A DNA stretch of 63,340 bases, counting the filler, from Octopus bimaculoides (taxonomy: Eukaryota): NCBI RefSeq assembly GCF_001194135.2. It is 6 parts of 6 records of this genome, joined end to end, with 100 filler letters (N's around TTAATTAATTAA, not from the genome) between each part and the next. Parts side by side here need not be neighbours in the genome. Positions count along the whole stretch, not along the records: positions 47,941 to 61,805 come from NC_068987.1; positions 61,906 to 63,340 come from NW_026355802.1; 4 more parts are not named here. One strand, written 5' to 3'. Numbering within the stretch: the first letter of the stretch is position 1; every line of letters begins with the position of its first letter. Below the pieces are notes generated by a model. The model saw only the letters and a program-made list of their open reading frames with translations, was not told the DNA's origin and did no database searches. The position numbers were made by a program, and so were the translations under genes. Positions 50,303-63,340 of this stretch are shown piece by piece.

Positions 50303-50510
50303 GTGGCGGCGAGGCGGCAGAATCGTTATCACACCGGGCAAAATGTTTAGCAACATATCTGTCTTTAAGTTCTGAGTTCAAATTCCACCGAAGTTGACTT
50401 TGCCTTTCATCCTTTCGGAATCGATGAAATAAGTACCAGTTACGTACTGGTGTCGATGCGATCGACTAGTCCCCACCTCAAAATTTCAGACCTTGTGTCA
50501 AAACTTAAAA
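50303..50510 (+). mobile_element. SINE family A
   Basis: GGCGGCGAGGCGGCAGAATCGTT head, GAGTTCAAATTCC B box, GACTTTGCCTTTCATCCTTTCGG core. Confidence 0.9.
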
Positions 50511-51456
50511 TTACGTTTATTATTTGTTTGTGGTAGATCACAGAAAGCCAGCAGATAGCAAATCACCAAGTATTTGTTAATCCACTTCCACAATAACACT
50601 TACTTTGCTATTATTTTTACCATTTCTTAGACTTATTTTTTAATTACATCTCCTCTACACATAAGATGAAAAAGAGTTAATTGAAATTTTTTTTAAAAAT
50701 CACAATATATTCTTCTCTTCTTTCATTCGCCTCGAAGACTAATTCTGGATGCTTTCTTTGTTCATCTATCATGTTGATATGAATTTTTCCATTCAGAATA
50801 AACCCCGTCAAAAATAATTAGCATGCTTTTTGCATTTTTTCTTAAAATTGAGCCTGGTCTTCCGGCAATAGCGTTTTTAATCCATGTTGTATTCCATTTT
50901 CTTGGACCTTTTCCTTTCCTTACTTTCAGTTCTTGGCTCACAATTACAAGAATTCGGTGAGCTATAAAGCTATTCCTTATAATGATTCCGTCATGGTTCC
51001 CTAAAGATACTAATACAATTTTCCTTTTCATGTAATAGCATTATTTCCACAATTTTATATCAGGAGGACGGTAATAAATTAGTACAAACCGTTAAGGTAT
51101 TTTACATCTCTATAAAAAGTTAGGGACAATTTTTTGTACTTCTCTTAAATAAACTGCGTGAAATATGATGCAAATTCTCTGAGATTCTATTTGTTTATAT
51201 GAACATGTTTCTAGCATTTGTTTTCAATCGGAGAAAATTTCACTGAATCCGGGATAAGACTAAACCATCAGCATCAGAAACTGTACTGCATCGGACTCAA
51301 TAACAAGTAAGATATATTTTCTGTCCTGCTACTGTTTGAATTAAAACCCTACCCAGGTACACTTTCATACCCCCATGAGTGACGACAAAATAACTGTCAT
51401 TAGTGCAATGGATTCGAAACAATCGTCTTCACAATTTTGTGGACTTGTATTATTAC

Positions 51457-51513
<57 letters not shown>

Positions 51514-51704
51514 CATTATTATTATTATTATTATTGTTCAGTAGTTTTATTTTTATAACGTGCTTTCACTTCACTACCGAGCGCAGCTCTGTGTGCCTTG
51601 GGTATGTGCTGTGGTTTGCTGTGATGCTCTTATGGTTACTGTATTGAAAGTGTTATTATTATTATCATTATTGTTATTATTATTATTACTACTATTATTA
51701 TTAT

Positions 51705-51758
<54 letters not shown>

Positions 51759-51794
51759 ATTATCATCATCATCATCATTATTATTATTATTATT

Positions 51795-52196
51795 TGTGGT
51801 TTCCTTTCATTATAACTTTATTTCAGCTACCTTAAGACCAGGCTCCTCCGGCAGCCAAGAGTAGCAAGGGCACTTTTCTTTTGGTATGCATGCTAAAATT
51901 ATCACCCCATTTAGTCCATTTTAGATGAAGAGTCCTTTCCGTAGTATATAGACTGTACCCATCAAGGTTATCTTTTGTAGTTCACGGATATTGGAGTTAC
52001 CAGGGAGTTGCATAATATACTTCTCAGCTCCTTTCTTTATCATTCCCAACGCACCAATTACTACTGGTATTAACGTTGTACTAGGTTTCCACATTTTTGT
52101 GATTTCAATTTGCAGGTTTTATAGTGAGAAAGCTTTCCGTATTCCTTTCTTGAGACATTTTGATCTTGTGGGACAGGCATAACTATTAACAGACAA
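51795..52196 (-). mobile_element. 5'-truncated R4/Dong-like non-LTR retrotransposon embedded in (TAA)n
   Basis: Minus: CLLIVMPVPQDQNVSRKEYGKLSHYK, frameshift, LQIEITKMWKPSTTLIPVVIGALGMIKKGAEKYIMQLPGNSNIRELQKITLMGTVYILRKGLFI* (stop at 51921), about 125-bp 3' UTR; TAA repeats on both sides. Confidence 0.85.
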
Positions 52197-52212
52197 ATTA
52201 TTATTATTATTA

Positions 52213-52269
<57 letters not shown>

Positions 52270-52270
<1 letters not shown>

Positions 52271-52671
52271 GGCGGTGTTTTGGCACCTTACGGTATTTCT
52301 TTGAGACCCAATCTCGTCAAAGACAACGAAGCGCGGTGAATAAAATAAAGTGCAAGTCAAGTACTGAAGTCAATGTACTTGAAGTCAAAGTACTGAAGTA
52401 TTGACAAATCACCTCTCCTCAGAATTGCTGGCCTTGTGTTTGAGTTGAAAACAATCATGAAGGCGTCGAGAGAGAAGAATCGATAAGGCTTCGGAAAAAC
52501 ACTTTGCGGTATTTCTTCCTTCTCTTCACATTCTGAGTTCAAATACCGCTGACGTCAAGTATGTGGTTCACCACTCCAGGTTTAGAAAGTACCATTCAAG
52601 TACTGAGCTGTATATTATCATATCAATTCCTTCCCTCAATAATTGTTGGTTTTGTGCCTAAATTAGAATCA

Positions 52672-52728
<57 letters not shown>

Positions 52729-53480
52729 GCTGTGTATTGGCTGATTGCCTTGTGGTATTTCTTCCGACCCTTTACACCCAGAGTTCAAATTGGAGTAAAT
52801 TTTGCCTATCATTCTTTCAGAGTCGATAAAATAAAGTACCACTCATATACTGGGGTCGATACAATTGACTGAGATAATTACCTCAAAGTTGTGCCAAAAT
52901 TTGAAGCCAATATTAAAGTAATTAATTAGTAGAATGTTAGAGCGTCGAATAAAATGACATGCTATTTCTTGTGACTGTTTAGGTTCTGATTTCAGATCCT
53001 GCTGATGTCAACTTAATATCTCTTCCCCTCCTGGATAGGCAAAATATTTTATCAGTCAAGTACTGGTTCGACTAAAAATCGACTAAAATCATCTCTAAAA
53101 ATTGCTGGTCTTTTGCCTAAATCAGAAACGACTATGATTATTTGATTGGTTGAATTATTACAGTGTTATACAAAATACCTTCCGAAATGTCTTTCGCTGC
53201 TTTACATTATGTTGAAATTCCGCCAAAGTCAGCTTTGGATTGTATTCTCCTAGGATCTATAAATTAAAGGGTCATTCAAGAACTTGGTCGATATTATAGA
53301 TTGATTCTCTTATTCCAAATTTCTGGTCTTGTTATAAATCTTTATTATAGTTTTTTTTATGTGTGTCGTAAAAATTCACCGTCGTTGACTTAGACTTTCA
53401 TCCTTCTGATATTGATAAAATACAGTAGCAGTCAAGTACTAAAGTGTTCTTATGATCGACTATCATAAAAATGGGTTGGG
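52270..53480 (+). mobile_element. Chain of about six decayed head-to-tail SINE family A copies
   Basis: Recurring GTTCAAAT-like B box, AAGTACTG core remnants and AAATTGCTGG(C/T)CTT tails at roughly 200-bp spacing. Confidence 0.65.
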
Positions 53481-53950
53481 GGGAGGTAATCTAGTGCCAA
53501 TTTCATAAATTTCAGTCATGTGTTCAATTTATTGTAGTGTACGCAACTTAGCAGCAACTATAATGTTAAATTAAGCTTACCTCCCCTTCCCATTGTCGCA
53601 CCAATTAAATATGACAGGCTTTATTAAAATATAAACAAACAAAACTTAATAAAGGGCAGAATTAGGACAAACATAACCCCACCGCCACAACCACAAAAAA
53701 ATATGAAACAAAAAGAACGAAAGAGAAAGAGAGAGAGAGAGAGAGAGAGANNNNNNNNNNNNNNNNNNNNNNNNNNNNNNNNNNNNNNNNNNNNNNNNNN
53801 NNNNNNNNNNNNNNNNNNNNNNNNNNNNNNNNNNNNNNNNNNNNNNNNNNNNNNNNNNNNNNNNNNNNNNNNNNNNNNNNNNNNNNNNNNNNNNNNNNNN
53901 NNNNNNNNNNNNNNNNNNNNNNNNNNNNNNNNNNNNNNNNNNNNNNNNNN

Positions 53951-53990
<40 letters not shown>

Positions 53991-54435
53991 GCGCGCGCGT
54001 CAGTGTATTTATATGGTATCAAGGTACAAAGACAACCGGCAGAAACGTTAACACGTTGGACAAATTGCCTTCTCTGTTTTTTTTCTTTTTTTTTTTTTTA
54101 AATTTTCATTCTGGTTCTTTGCATTATAAGTTCAAATCCTGCAGAGATCAGCTTTGCCATTTGTCCATTCAAGATAGAGCACCAGCCAAATATTGGCGCC
54201 TATTCCGCATCTCTCTCAGAATCGATTACAGTGCATTCTGAGAAGGACTGAGCAGTAGAGTAGTCAAGAGTAACCCTTTTTCTCCGAGACAACCGCGTTC
54301 ACTCTAACACGAAATAAAAGCATAGTCATTGGGACCCTGGTGGAGTATGGCACAGAAGGATGATAATGGTGATGATGACGATTTTAAACTTACATGTATA
54401 CATACAACATATACATACATGCATATGTGTATGTG

Positions 54436-54482
<47 letters not shown>

Positions 54483-55727
54483 CACTTATCTTAGGTTGTG
54501 CTTACTGTTTAACACACATAAGCTTTGATAAACAAGAAATGTGTCCCTATTGTAATATATTAACGTACTTTTCACGTCTCTCTCTCTCCCTTGCAATCCA
54601 TCTCCCCATTTTCTGTATTTCTGAACTTAAATTTAATTTATGTAAATCAAACAAAAACTGCTATAGATACATAAAATTTTGCACGCCTCATTTGATCCAT
54701 CATAAATATTATGTTTCAAGCTTAATCTGTGAGTTTGTGCTCATTATCACGAAACAGCATTTATGCAACAACCTTTCAGAACCCGCACCTTGAGCATCGA
54801 GGCATATATGTTACGTTACATACTCTATAATCCAATCTTTCATCCGTGAACTAAACTTTCCGTTAACAGCACCAATCGCGAGAAAATCCATCTATATTCA
54901 TGAGTTCTTACCAAACATTAATTGACACTCATACAAGGGGTGTATTAATTATACTAATGTCCATCCAAGCATTCTATTCTTCAAATCTTAGGAAGTCTCA
55001 TAGAGCCTATTAGCTCAAATTGCGTTCACAACTAACACTACCATTGCATGCATACCTGTAAAGGTGAATATCCTCATTCTGTAAACTCCCTGTGTATCTG
55101 CGTAATTTTATCAAATATTAACCTGAATACAAAAGATCTCGAATGGAAAGGTTAAACTCGCGCATCTGTGATAGAATTGATAGTACTAACAAGCATTCCC
55201 ACAAGTGCAAGTACAAACAGACGCACGAACATATAATGGCTTGTGATCAGAATGCGTTTATGTAATTTTCCTTTATACTATACAAACATCAACAGTTCCA
55301 AACATCGCACTCCACCAATGAAAATGAGATTTCCAATGGAATATAAGCTCTGTCTATTCTCCGGCAAGATAAAAGAAAATAATCAAGCATACATCATCTC
55401 CGATTATATACCTGTGTAAAAACAAATTGACGGAAATGTATATACGTTTCTTTTTATTTTTTAGATTACAGTTCCCTGTTTTATTTAGAAAGGGGAAGAA
55501 AGCCAGTGTGCATTACATTTGTCGCTCTCCCAAACTAGGGAAACCGATTCGTCTTCAGGAATAGACAACGAATTAGTAATACAAAAAGTTGTTCTCCTCC
55601 ACTGCAGTTAAGAATAAAGAAAATACAACACCAAGAGGCAAAGTAAAACGAAAATGAGAGACAAAAATAGTTGAGAGAAAAGAAAACCAAGTAAAATTAG
55701 AAATAGGTTGCTCACCAATATCCTTAC

Positions 55728-55827
55728 CTTTAATGTTTTCCAACAGTTTTGGACTGTTGCACTCGTTCGGAGTAGGTGATGGGGTCCTTTCGGTGCTCAT
55801 CTCACTCTCACCACTTGATAAACTTTC
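55728..55827 (-). CDS. Orphan internal coding exon of an unidentified gene: ESLSSGESEMSTERTPSPTPNECNSPKLLENIK
   Basis: Acceptor aattcatttcctctctattacag|G, donor AAAG|gtaagg, 100 nt open in phase 0 to phase 1, non-repetitive and higher GC than the flanks. No family recognised. Confidence 0.6.
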
Positions 55828-56177
55828 CTGTAATAGAGAGGAAATGAATTTGATGTGACGTGCGAAAGAGAGAGGAAGAGAGAGAGAGAGAGAGATGGGG
55901 GGGGGTATAAGGGTATTATCTAGAGTAACGTTTCCAGTGTTCTCAGTTTATTTCAAGATACTACCGGACAGTCTTAAAAAATGTGACTAAAATTTCAGAT
56001 TTACAATGCTCGCCCTTAGTATAACGACGTCGTACATTGATNNNNNNNNNNNNNNNNNNNNNNNNNNNNNNNNNNNNNNNNNNNNNNNNNNNNNNNNNNN
56101 NNNNNNNNNNNNNNNNNNNNNNNNNNNNNNNNNNNNNNNNNNNNNNNNNNNNNNNNNNNNNNNNNNNNNNNNNNNNN

Positions 56178-56233
<56 letters not shown>

Positions 56234-58029
56234 ACACTCACACACATATAGACATACCTACACAGTCAGTAATACAAACAGAAAGTTGTGAGCACATAAG
56301 TGCGCACACATACACACACACATACACACACGCACAAGTTTATAGATGTACTTACATATTTATCTATCTGTACGCCTTTGTGTGTGTATGTGCAGGTACA
56401 TGCAAATATGTATGCATTTATGAGTATGCAATGCAATCAGATATAAACAAAAACACAAATACCTACAAACATTCACACAAACGTCAATAAACGCACGCGC
56501 ACATATACACACATAAGCGTGGGCACATACATACATATATACAAGTACGCGTGCTCGTGCACATACGCAATTCACACACACACACCTGTGAGTATGAATT
56601 GAAACATAGCAGAAAAACAGTCCCTAAGGCGCAAAGGTTGGATTATCATCCAAAAGTAGACAGCGAGAATAGAGTATTGAACAAATTTCTTTTCTTTATG
56701 AAAAAAAAAAACAAAAAAAAAACATATTACACCCACAGACATATTTCTACCCACATACGGAAACGTAGTGATAAGCATTAAGACATAGATACAAATATGT
56801 ATGTATATATATATATATATATATNNNNNNNNNNNNNNNNNNNNNNNNNNNNNNNNNNNNNNNNNNNNNNNNNNNNNNNNNNNNNNNNNNNNNNNNNNNN
56901 NNNNNNNNNNNNNNNNNNNNNNNNNNNNNNNNNNNNNNNNNNNNNNNNNNNNNNNNNNNNNNNNNNNNNNNNNNNNNNNNNNNNNNNNNNNNNNNNNNNN
57001 NNNNNNNNNNNNNNNNNNNNNNNNNNNNNNNNNNNNNNNNNNNNNNNNNNNNNNNNNNNNNNNNNNNNNNNNNNNNNNNNNNTATGTATGTATATCTGTA
57101 TACACACACACGCACACACACACACACACACACACATAATATGCATGAACTTGTTTAAGAAACAAAAGATTACTCTCGTGAAACATCATATGGAGAGGAA
57201 AAAAATTAGGTAATTCCCTGGGGGATTTAACATGTAAAGTTGACAGATGCCTTTTAACTAAAATGGTTTGATCTATCAGAATAGCAGCAAAAATATTCCG
57301 ATTCTCTTTGACCATGTAGAGAAGCGACTTATATAAAAGATTACAAGCTTATTTCGTAGCATAACTCAGGAATATTACCCCGAAGATGAGAAGAGAGACT
57401 ACTGATCGAAATGCTGTATCAGCATCAATAAAGAAAATATAGTCAAATCAACAAAATGAGAAAGAAAGAAAACAACGTTGATATGTTAAATTATCAATAA
57501 TTAGGACATTAGTGACGTAAGTGAAGACAAACTGTTTCAGCTGTATTTTAAAACAGCGTTACAGACCCAGTTTGCATGCAGAATTCTTAGCGTATTTATA
57601 ATACTCTATTTTTGTCAAAATTATATATTTTGTGAAACACCAAGATATTTTTTATAGCCTTCAGACATCTGTGTAATTTTTGTTTCCTTTTTATAGTTTA
57701 GAAATGGCTCAGCAACCCATCACCACTCCGGTACTTCTATCACTAGCATCACAGTTACGGCTTCACGGTTTCATTACTGCCACATTTTCTCCTCCACCAA
57801 AGAACTCATTCATTCTCTTTCATATTATCAAGCGACAAGCGTGATGGTCTTCTGTTATCAATAAGAAACTCAGGAGTTTCTCGATGGTCCTGATACTAAA
57901 AGGCTAATTCGAGTGCTCAGAGCAGGGCAGACAACGTCAAGGACATCAAAAGGACGAGAGGTGGTATTAAATCTACCCCCGAAAGACAATCTACAGTCTC
58001 CCCTGACAGACTTCCAGCAACACAATTTG

Positions 58030-58140
58030 TCTCACGGAGCTTGCAATAGACCCGATATGTACCCAAGGTTCTGTGACGTAGGATCGAACGAAGAACTACG
58101 TGGTTACAATGGAAACTTCTTAACCACAAAACCATGCCTT
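58030..58140 (-). mobile_element. Decayed SINE family B-like head
   Basis: Reverse complement AGGCATGGTTTTGTGGTTAAGAAGTTTCCATTGTAACCACGTAG..TTCGATCC. Confidence 0.5.
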
Positions 58141-58757
58141 TATATATGAGTTTGTGCTAACTAATCGAGACAGAATCAACAACAACAACAACAAAAGATC
58201 AGAATAAGATTAAGTAAAAGAAAAACAACAACATCAACAGCAGCAGCACTAGCATAAAGAGTTTTTAAAAATCCTGAAATGAAAATATATATAAAAAAAA
58301 ATACTAAAATCGATAGAGAAGACTGAGGACAACAAACGAATGCACAAAATCCTCGAACACAAACACACCACCACCACCACCACCACCACCACTTCAACTA
58401 CCAGCATTACAGCCAGCAGCAGCAGCAGCAGCAGTAACAGCAACAACAGCAGAAGTAGCAGCTTCAACCGTTTCATCGCCACCACACTTTCCTTTCGCCA
58501 AAGAACTGTTTCATATTGCCAAGCTACAAGCGAGGTCTTCTTCTGTTATCAATAAGAAGAGTACCCTTGAAATAAACCAGCAGTAGTGTCTTGTGACATT
58601 ATAAGGAACAATGTTTTTGCTCTCCGTTTCAGTTACTATTTCTGTCTGTCTGTCTCCCCCCACCACCACCTTTTCTTCTTTACTTCTCTCTATCCTTTTC
58701 TCTCCCTCTGTTTATTTAAGCACCTACAAAACATAACAACCAGCCTAACATTGTTGG

Positions 58758-58809
<52 letters not shown>

Positions 58810-59331
58810 TGTGTGTGTGTTTCTGTGCTATATACAGGNNNNNNNNNNNNNNNNNNNNNNNNNNNNNNNNNNNNNNNNNNNNNNNNNNNNNNNNNNNNNN
58901 NNNNNNNNNNNNNNNNNNNNNNNNNNNNNNNNNNNNNNNNNNNNNNNNNNNNNNNNNNNNNNNNNNNNNNNNNNNNNNNNNNNNNNNNNNNNNNNNNNNN
59001 NNNNNNNNNNNNNNNNNNNNNNNNNNNNNNNNNNNNNNNNNNNNNNNNNNNNNNNNNNNNNNNNNNNNNNNNNNNNNNNNNNNNNNNNNNNNNNNNNNNN
59101 NNNNNNNNNNNNNNNNNNNNNNNNNNNNNNNNNNNNNNNNNNNNNNNNNNNNNNNNNNNNNNNNNNNNNNNNNNNNNNNNNNNNNNNNNNNNNNNNNNNN
59201 NNNNNNNNNNNNNNNNNNNNNNNNNNNNNNNNNNNNNNNNNNNNNNNNNNNNNNNNNNNNNNNNNNNNNNNNNNNNNNNNNNNNNNNNNNNNNNNNNNNN
59301 NNNNNNNNNNNNNNNNNNNNNNNNNNNNNNN

Positions 59332-59376
<45 letters not shown>

Positions 59377-60049
59377 GCCTGTATGCACACACACATCTTT
59401 CTAACTATTTATCAATCGCTCTCTTTCCTCTTTCTCCGAATTTCTTTTCCACCACATATCCTCTTTGTTTCCTATTACACTTTCCGCCATCTTCCTTCAC
59501 GTTTTGCTTAAATATTGTCCTATACGTTATACTCTCTCTCTTTCCTTCTTTCTTTCTTCCTTTCTTCCTTTCTTTCTTTCTCGCTGTCTGTCTCTGTATC
59601 TCTCTCTCTCTCTCTCTCTTGCATGTTTGCTACATAATTGTTAACCCCCTTTCCTTTAAAATACTGCCTCTCTCTTCATCTTACCCTGTCTAAGTTCGAC
59701 TCTGTTTCTTCCTCTCCTCCCATTCTCTCCTTTCCTCCTTCACAATACAAACCTTACAGAATAACGAAAAGAGGGTGAGCAAGTAGAAAGGAATGGGGGT
59801 ATAGACACTTGTTGAATGTCTTCGATTGAAGTATGATATTATAGTCGCTCAGAATCGACGTCTATATAGTTCATCACTCCCCAGCCACCATTCCACCCCT
59901 GGCTGTCCGCCCGTGCGATCGAATAAGAGAAGAGTATTGTGTGTCGTGTATTGTATATTATGCCATATACATTGTCTATTCAGAGGTCATTGAAAACAAC
60001 AGTTTGTCTCCACTCGCTAACGTAGAAGACTCTTCATTGTGTATGCACA

Positions 60050-60100
<51 letters not shown>

Positions 60101-60389
60101 GCACACACACAAAGAATCTGATACTGATACACATATGTGAAAAACACACCATATACACGCGTGTGCATATACACACATATAGGCATACATATACAAACAC
60201 ATGCGTGTATGTTTTTGTATATGTGTATACACATTTTATTCTACAGGCAACTTTGCAATTTATATCCAAGTATAGCACACGCGCAGCTCTTACACACACA
60301 CACATAAATATATAGATAACCACATAATATAAATATAAATATATATACACATAAATATATTTATATACGTATGTGTATACATATGTATG

Positions 60390-60462
<73 letters not shown>

Positions 60463-60505
60463 GCTGTATATATGCATGTGTATAAATACACACACACACA
60501 CACAC

Positions 60506-60554
<49 letters not shown>

Positions 60555-61500
60555 NNNNNNNNNNNNNNNNNNNNNNNNNNNNNNNNNNNNNNNNNNNNNN
60601 NNNNNNNNNNNNNNNNNNNNNNNNNNNNNNNNNNNNNNNNNNNNNNNNNNNNNNNNNNNNNNNNNNNNNNNNNNNNNNNNNNNNNNNNNNNNNNNNNNNN
60701 NNNNNNNNNNNNNNNNNNNNNNNNNNNNNNNNNNNNNNNNNNNNNNNNNNNNNNNNNNNNNNNNNNNNNNNNNNNNNNNNNNNNNNNNNNNNNNNNNNNN
60801 NNNNNNNNNNNNNNNNNNNNNNNNNNNNNNNNNNNNNNNNNNNNNNNNNNNNNNNNNNNNNNNNNNNNNNNNNNNNNNNNNNNNNNNNNNNNNNNNNNNN
60901 NNNNNNNNNNNNNNNNNNNNNNNNNNNNNNNNNNNNNNNNNNNNNNNNNNNNNNNNNNNNNNNNNNNNNNNNNNNNNNNNNNNNNNNNNNNNNNNNNNNN
61001 NNNNNNNNNNNNNNNNNNNNNNNNNNNNNNNNNNNNNNNNNNNNNNNNNNNNNNNNNNNNNNNNNNNNNNNNNNNNNNNNNNNNNNNNNNNNNNNNNNNN
61101 NNNNNNNNNNNNNNNNNNNNNNNNNNNNNNNNNNNNNNNNNNNNNNNNNNNNNNNNNNNNNNNNNNNNNNNNNNNNNNNNNNNNNNNNNNNNNNNNNNNN
61201 NNNNNNNNNNNNNNNNNNNNNNNNNNNNNNNATTACACAGTGGGAAATTAATACTATCTCTCCGAAATTACGACATACATACATACATACATACATACAT
61301 ACATACATACATACACACATGTCGACAGGCAGTCAGACAGTCAGAACGAGTTTTCGTTCTGTCTACCGTAGCTGAATTTACAAGGTCAGTCGGAAGCTAT
61401 GGTACATGACAGATCTCCAATGTGTCTTAAACCTTAGCTCCTGATAATGAGTACAAGTCTGGAGCGAACATCTTCATCACACACACCTTTCTCCTTGAAT

Positions 61501-61532
<32 letters not shown>

Positions 61533-61849
61533 AGGCATAAATGCGTACACATATGCACACACAGAGACACACATGCGCTTACACAAACGCGTGCGCACAC
61601 ACACATATTAGTGCGTATGCATGTAGTTAGTTAGGTAAGTAGGTAGGTAGGTAGGTAGGTATGGAGTTAGAAGGAAGGAAAGAAGGAAGGAAGTAAGGAA
61701 GGAAAGAAGAAAGGAAAGAAACAAAGAAGAATAGAAAGCGGTTAGAAAGAAGTGCAGCAAGGAAATCGTTAATGAATGTATATATATATATATATATACA
61801 TATATNNNNNNNNNNNNNNNNNNNNNNNNNNNNNNNNNNNNNNNNNNNN

Positions 61850-61861
61850 TTAATTAATTAA
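61850..61861. other. Artificial scaffold-join spacer
   Basis: TTAATTAATTAA flanked by 44 N each side. Confidence 0.95.
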
Positions 61862-61905
61862 NNNNNNNNNNNNNNNNNNNNNNNNNNNNNNNNNNNNNNN
61901 NNNNN

Positions 61906-62670
61906 TATATATATATGAATAAATATATATATAAATAAATATATATATATAAATATACATATATAAATATATATAAATAAATAAATATATATATAAATAC
62001 ATATATATATAAATACAAATAAATATATATATAAATACATATATATATAAATACAAATAAATATATATATAAATATAAATTAATATATAGAAATAAATAT
62101 ATATATATATAAATAAATATATATATATTTAAATGATATATATATAAAAATGTAAATAAATATATATATATATAAATATAAATATATTTTTTAATATATG
62201 TATATAAATAAATATATATATAAATATAAATAAATATATATATAAATATGTATATATAAATAAATAAATCTATAAATATATATATATATTTATGTATATG
62301 TTTATTTACTTATATATATATGATATATATATATATTCATTTATATATATATATATTTATATATATATTTATATATATATGTTTATTTATATATATATAT
62401 ATATTCATTTATATATATATATATATTCATTTATATATATATATATATTTTTATTTATATATATACATATATATAGTTATGTATATTTATATATTTACAT
62501 AACTATATATACTTCTTTATGTATATTTATTTATATATATATATATATATTCATATATATCTATTTAAATATATATATATATATATATATTAATTTATAT
62601 ATATATTTATATATATATTTATGTATATATATCTGTTTATTTATTTATATATCTATATATATATTTATTT
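61906..62670. repeat. Near-pure AT low-complexity tract (degenerate (TA)n)
   Basis: Direct reading. Confidence 0.95.
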
Positions 62671-62708
62671 CTGTGGGTAATAAAGTAATTAAATCTACCA
62701 CAGCCTCA

Positions 62709-63205
62709 AATCAATAATAAAAATATATTTAAATATTTGATTTTTAAGTTGATTCTCAAGTTTTTATTTGGTGGAATAATAGGTAAAGGTGTTAGTAATT
62801 TAACTAATAATCATGTATCTAGGTAGAGGTTTCAATCTCTATCTAGGAAATATAGTTTTCAATGCTTTTGTATAAACAAAAAAAAAATACACTCACCTCC
62901 TTGCCGACCAGGTTTGAACCCCGGTCAGGAGACTTCAGAATGCCCACCTCTCACAGCTCTTTTACGCTCACCGTTATCTACTAGTCTACTGAGTTCCACA
63001 ACTAATTGCTGTCAAAAATGAGATATTTAATCTATAATAGTGTCCAATCAATAATAAAAATAGATTTAAGTATCTCATTTTTAAAATGTTTTCCAAGTAT
63101 TGGTTACATGGCCTAATTGGTAAAGGTGTTAGTAATTTAACTACTAACCTTGTATGGAGGTAGAGGTTTCAATATCTGTCTAGAAATAAGTTTTATTTTA
63201 ATATT
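62709..63205. repeat. Composite repeat: two direct repeats of about 160 bp with tRNA-like arms, flanking an antisense B-box hairpin unit
   Basis: 62709-62870 aligns with 63047-63205 (AATCAATAATAAAAATA...GGTAAAGGTGTTAGTAATTTAACTA...GTAGAGGTTTCAAT). Confidence 0.75.
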
Positions 63206-63340
63206 GATATATATATATATATCTATATTTATATATATATATATATATATACTTATTTATATATACATATATATTTATTTATATACATACATATATATAT
63301 ATATTTTTATATATATATTTATTTATATATATATATATAT

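Noticed and set aside
50762-51031. GNHD metallophosphoesterase motif in an 89-aa ORF
   Set aside because: None of the other family motifs (DxH, GDxxD, GHxH) is present; a four-residue match is expected by chance
21861-61905. Five identical TTAATTAATTAA islands as a biological repeat or CRISPR-like array
   Set aside because: Each is centred in an exact 44N+12+44N block and has stops in all six frames: an assembly spacer
63102-63185. Functional ochre-suppressor tRNA (apparent TTA anticodon)
   Set aside because: Acceptor stem does not form, the anticodon arm is over-long, the B box is degenerate and the sister copy has broken arms; treated as a repeat-borne tRNA-like structure

Overview
Eukaryotic, AT-rich, gene-poor DNA with about 8.5 kb of N gaps and very dense di-, tri- and tetranucleotide microsatellites. 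The SINE families and repeat landscape look like an octopus genome (inference from recalled repeat motifs, not a database hit). No complete protein-coding gene is present, and almost all long ORFs in the track are microsatellite or N-gap artefacts. Supported content: many tRNA-derived SINEs (several in head-to-tail chains), a decayed L1/Tx1-type RT, a decayed RTE-type AP endonuclease, three R4/Dong-like restriction-like endonuclease (RLE) fragments (one inside a (TAA)n array, one abutting (TACA)n), two MITEs, an interstitial telomere-like repeat, and one convincing orphan exon (55728-55827, minus). The most notable signals are three minimal hammerhead-ribozyme motifs of the Penelope-associated type (one complete, and two homologous copies showing a compensatory stem II change), a composite tRNA-like repeat at the right end, and a CpG-decayed block (about 36.9-47.8 kb) bounded by artificial scaffold joins. 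I do not see a clearly new multi-gene system.
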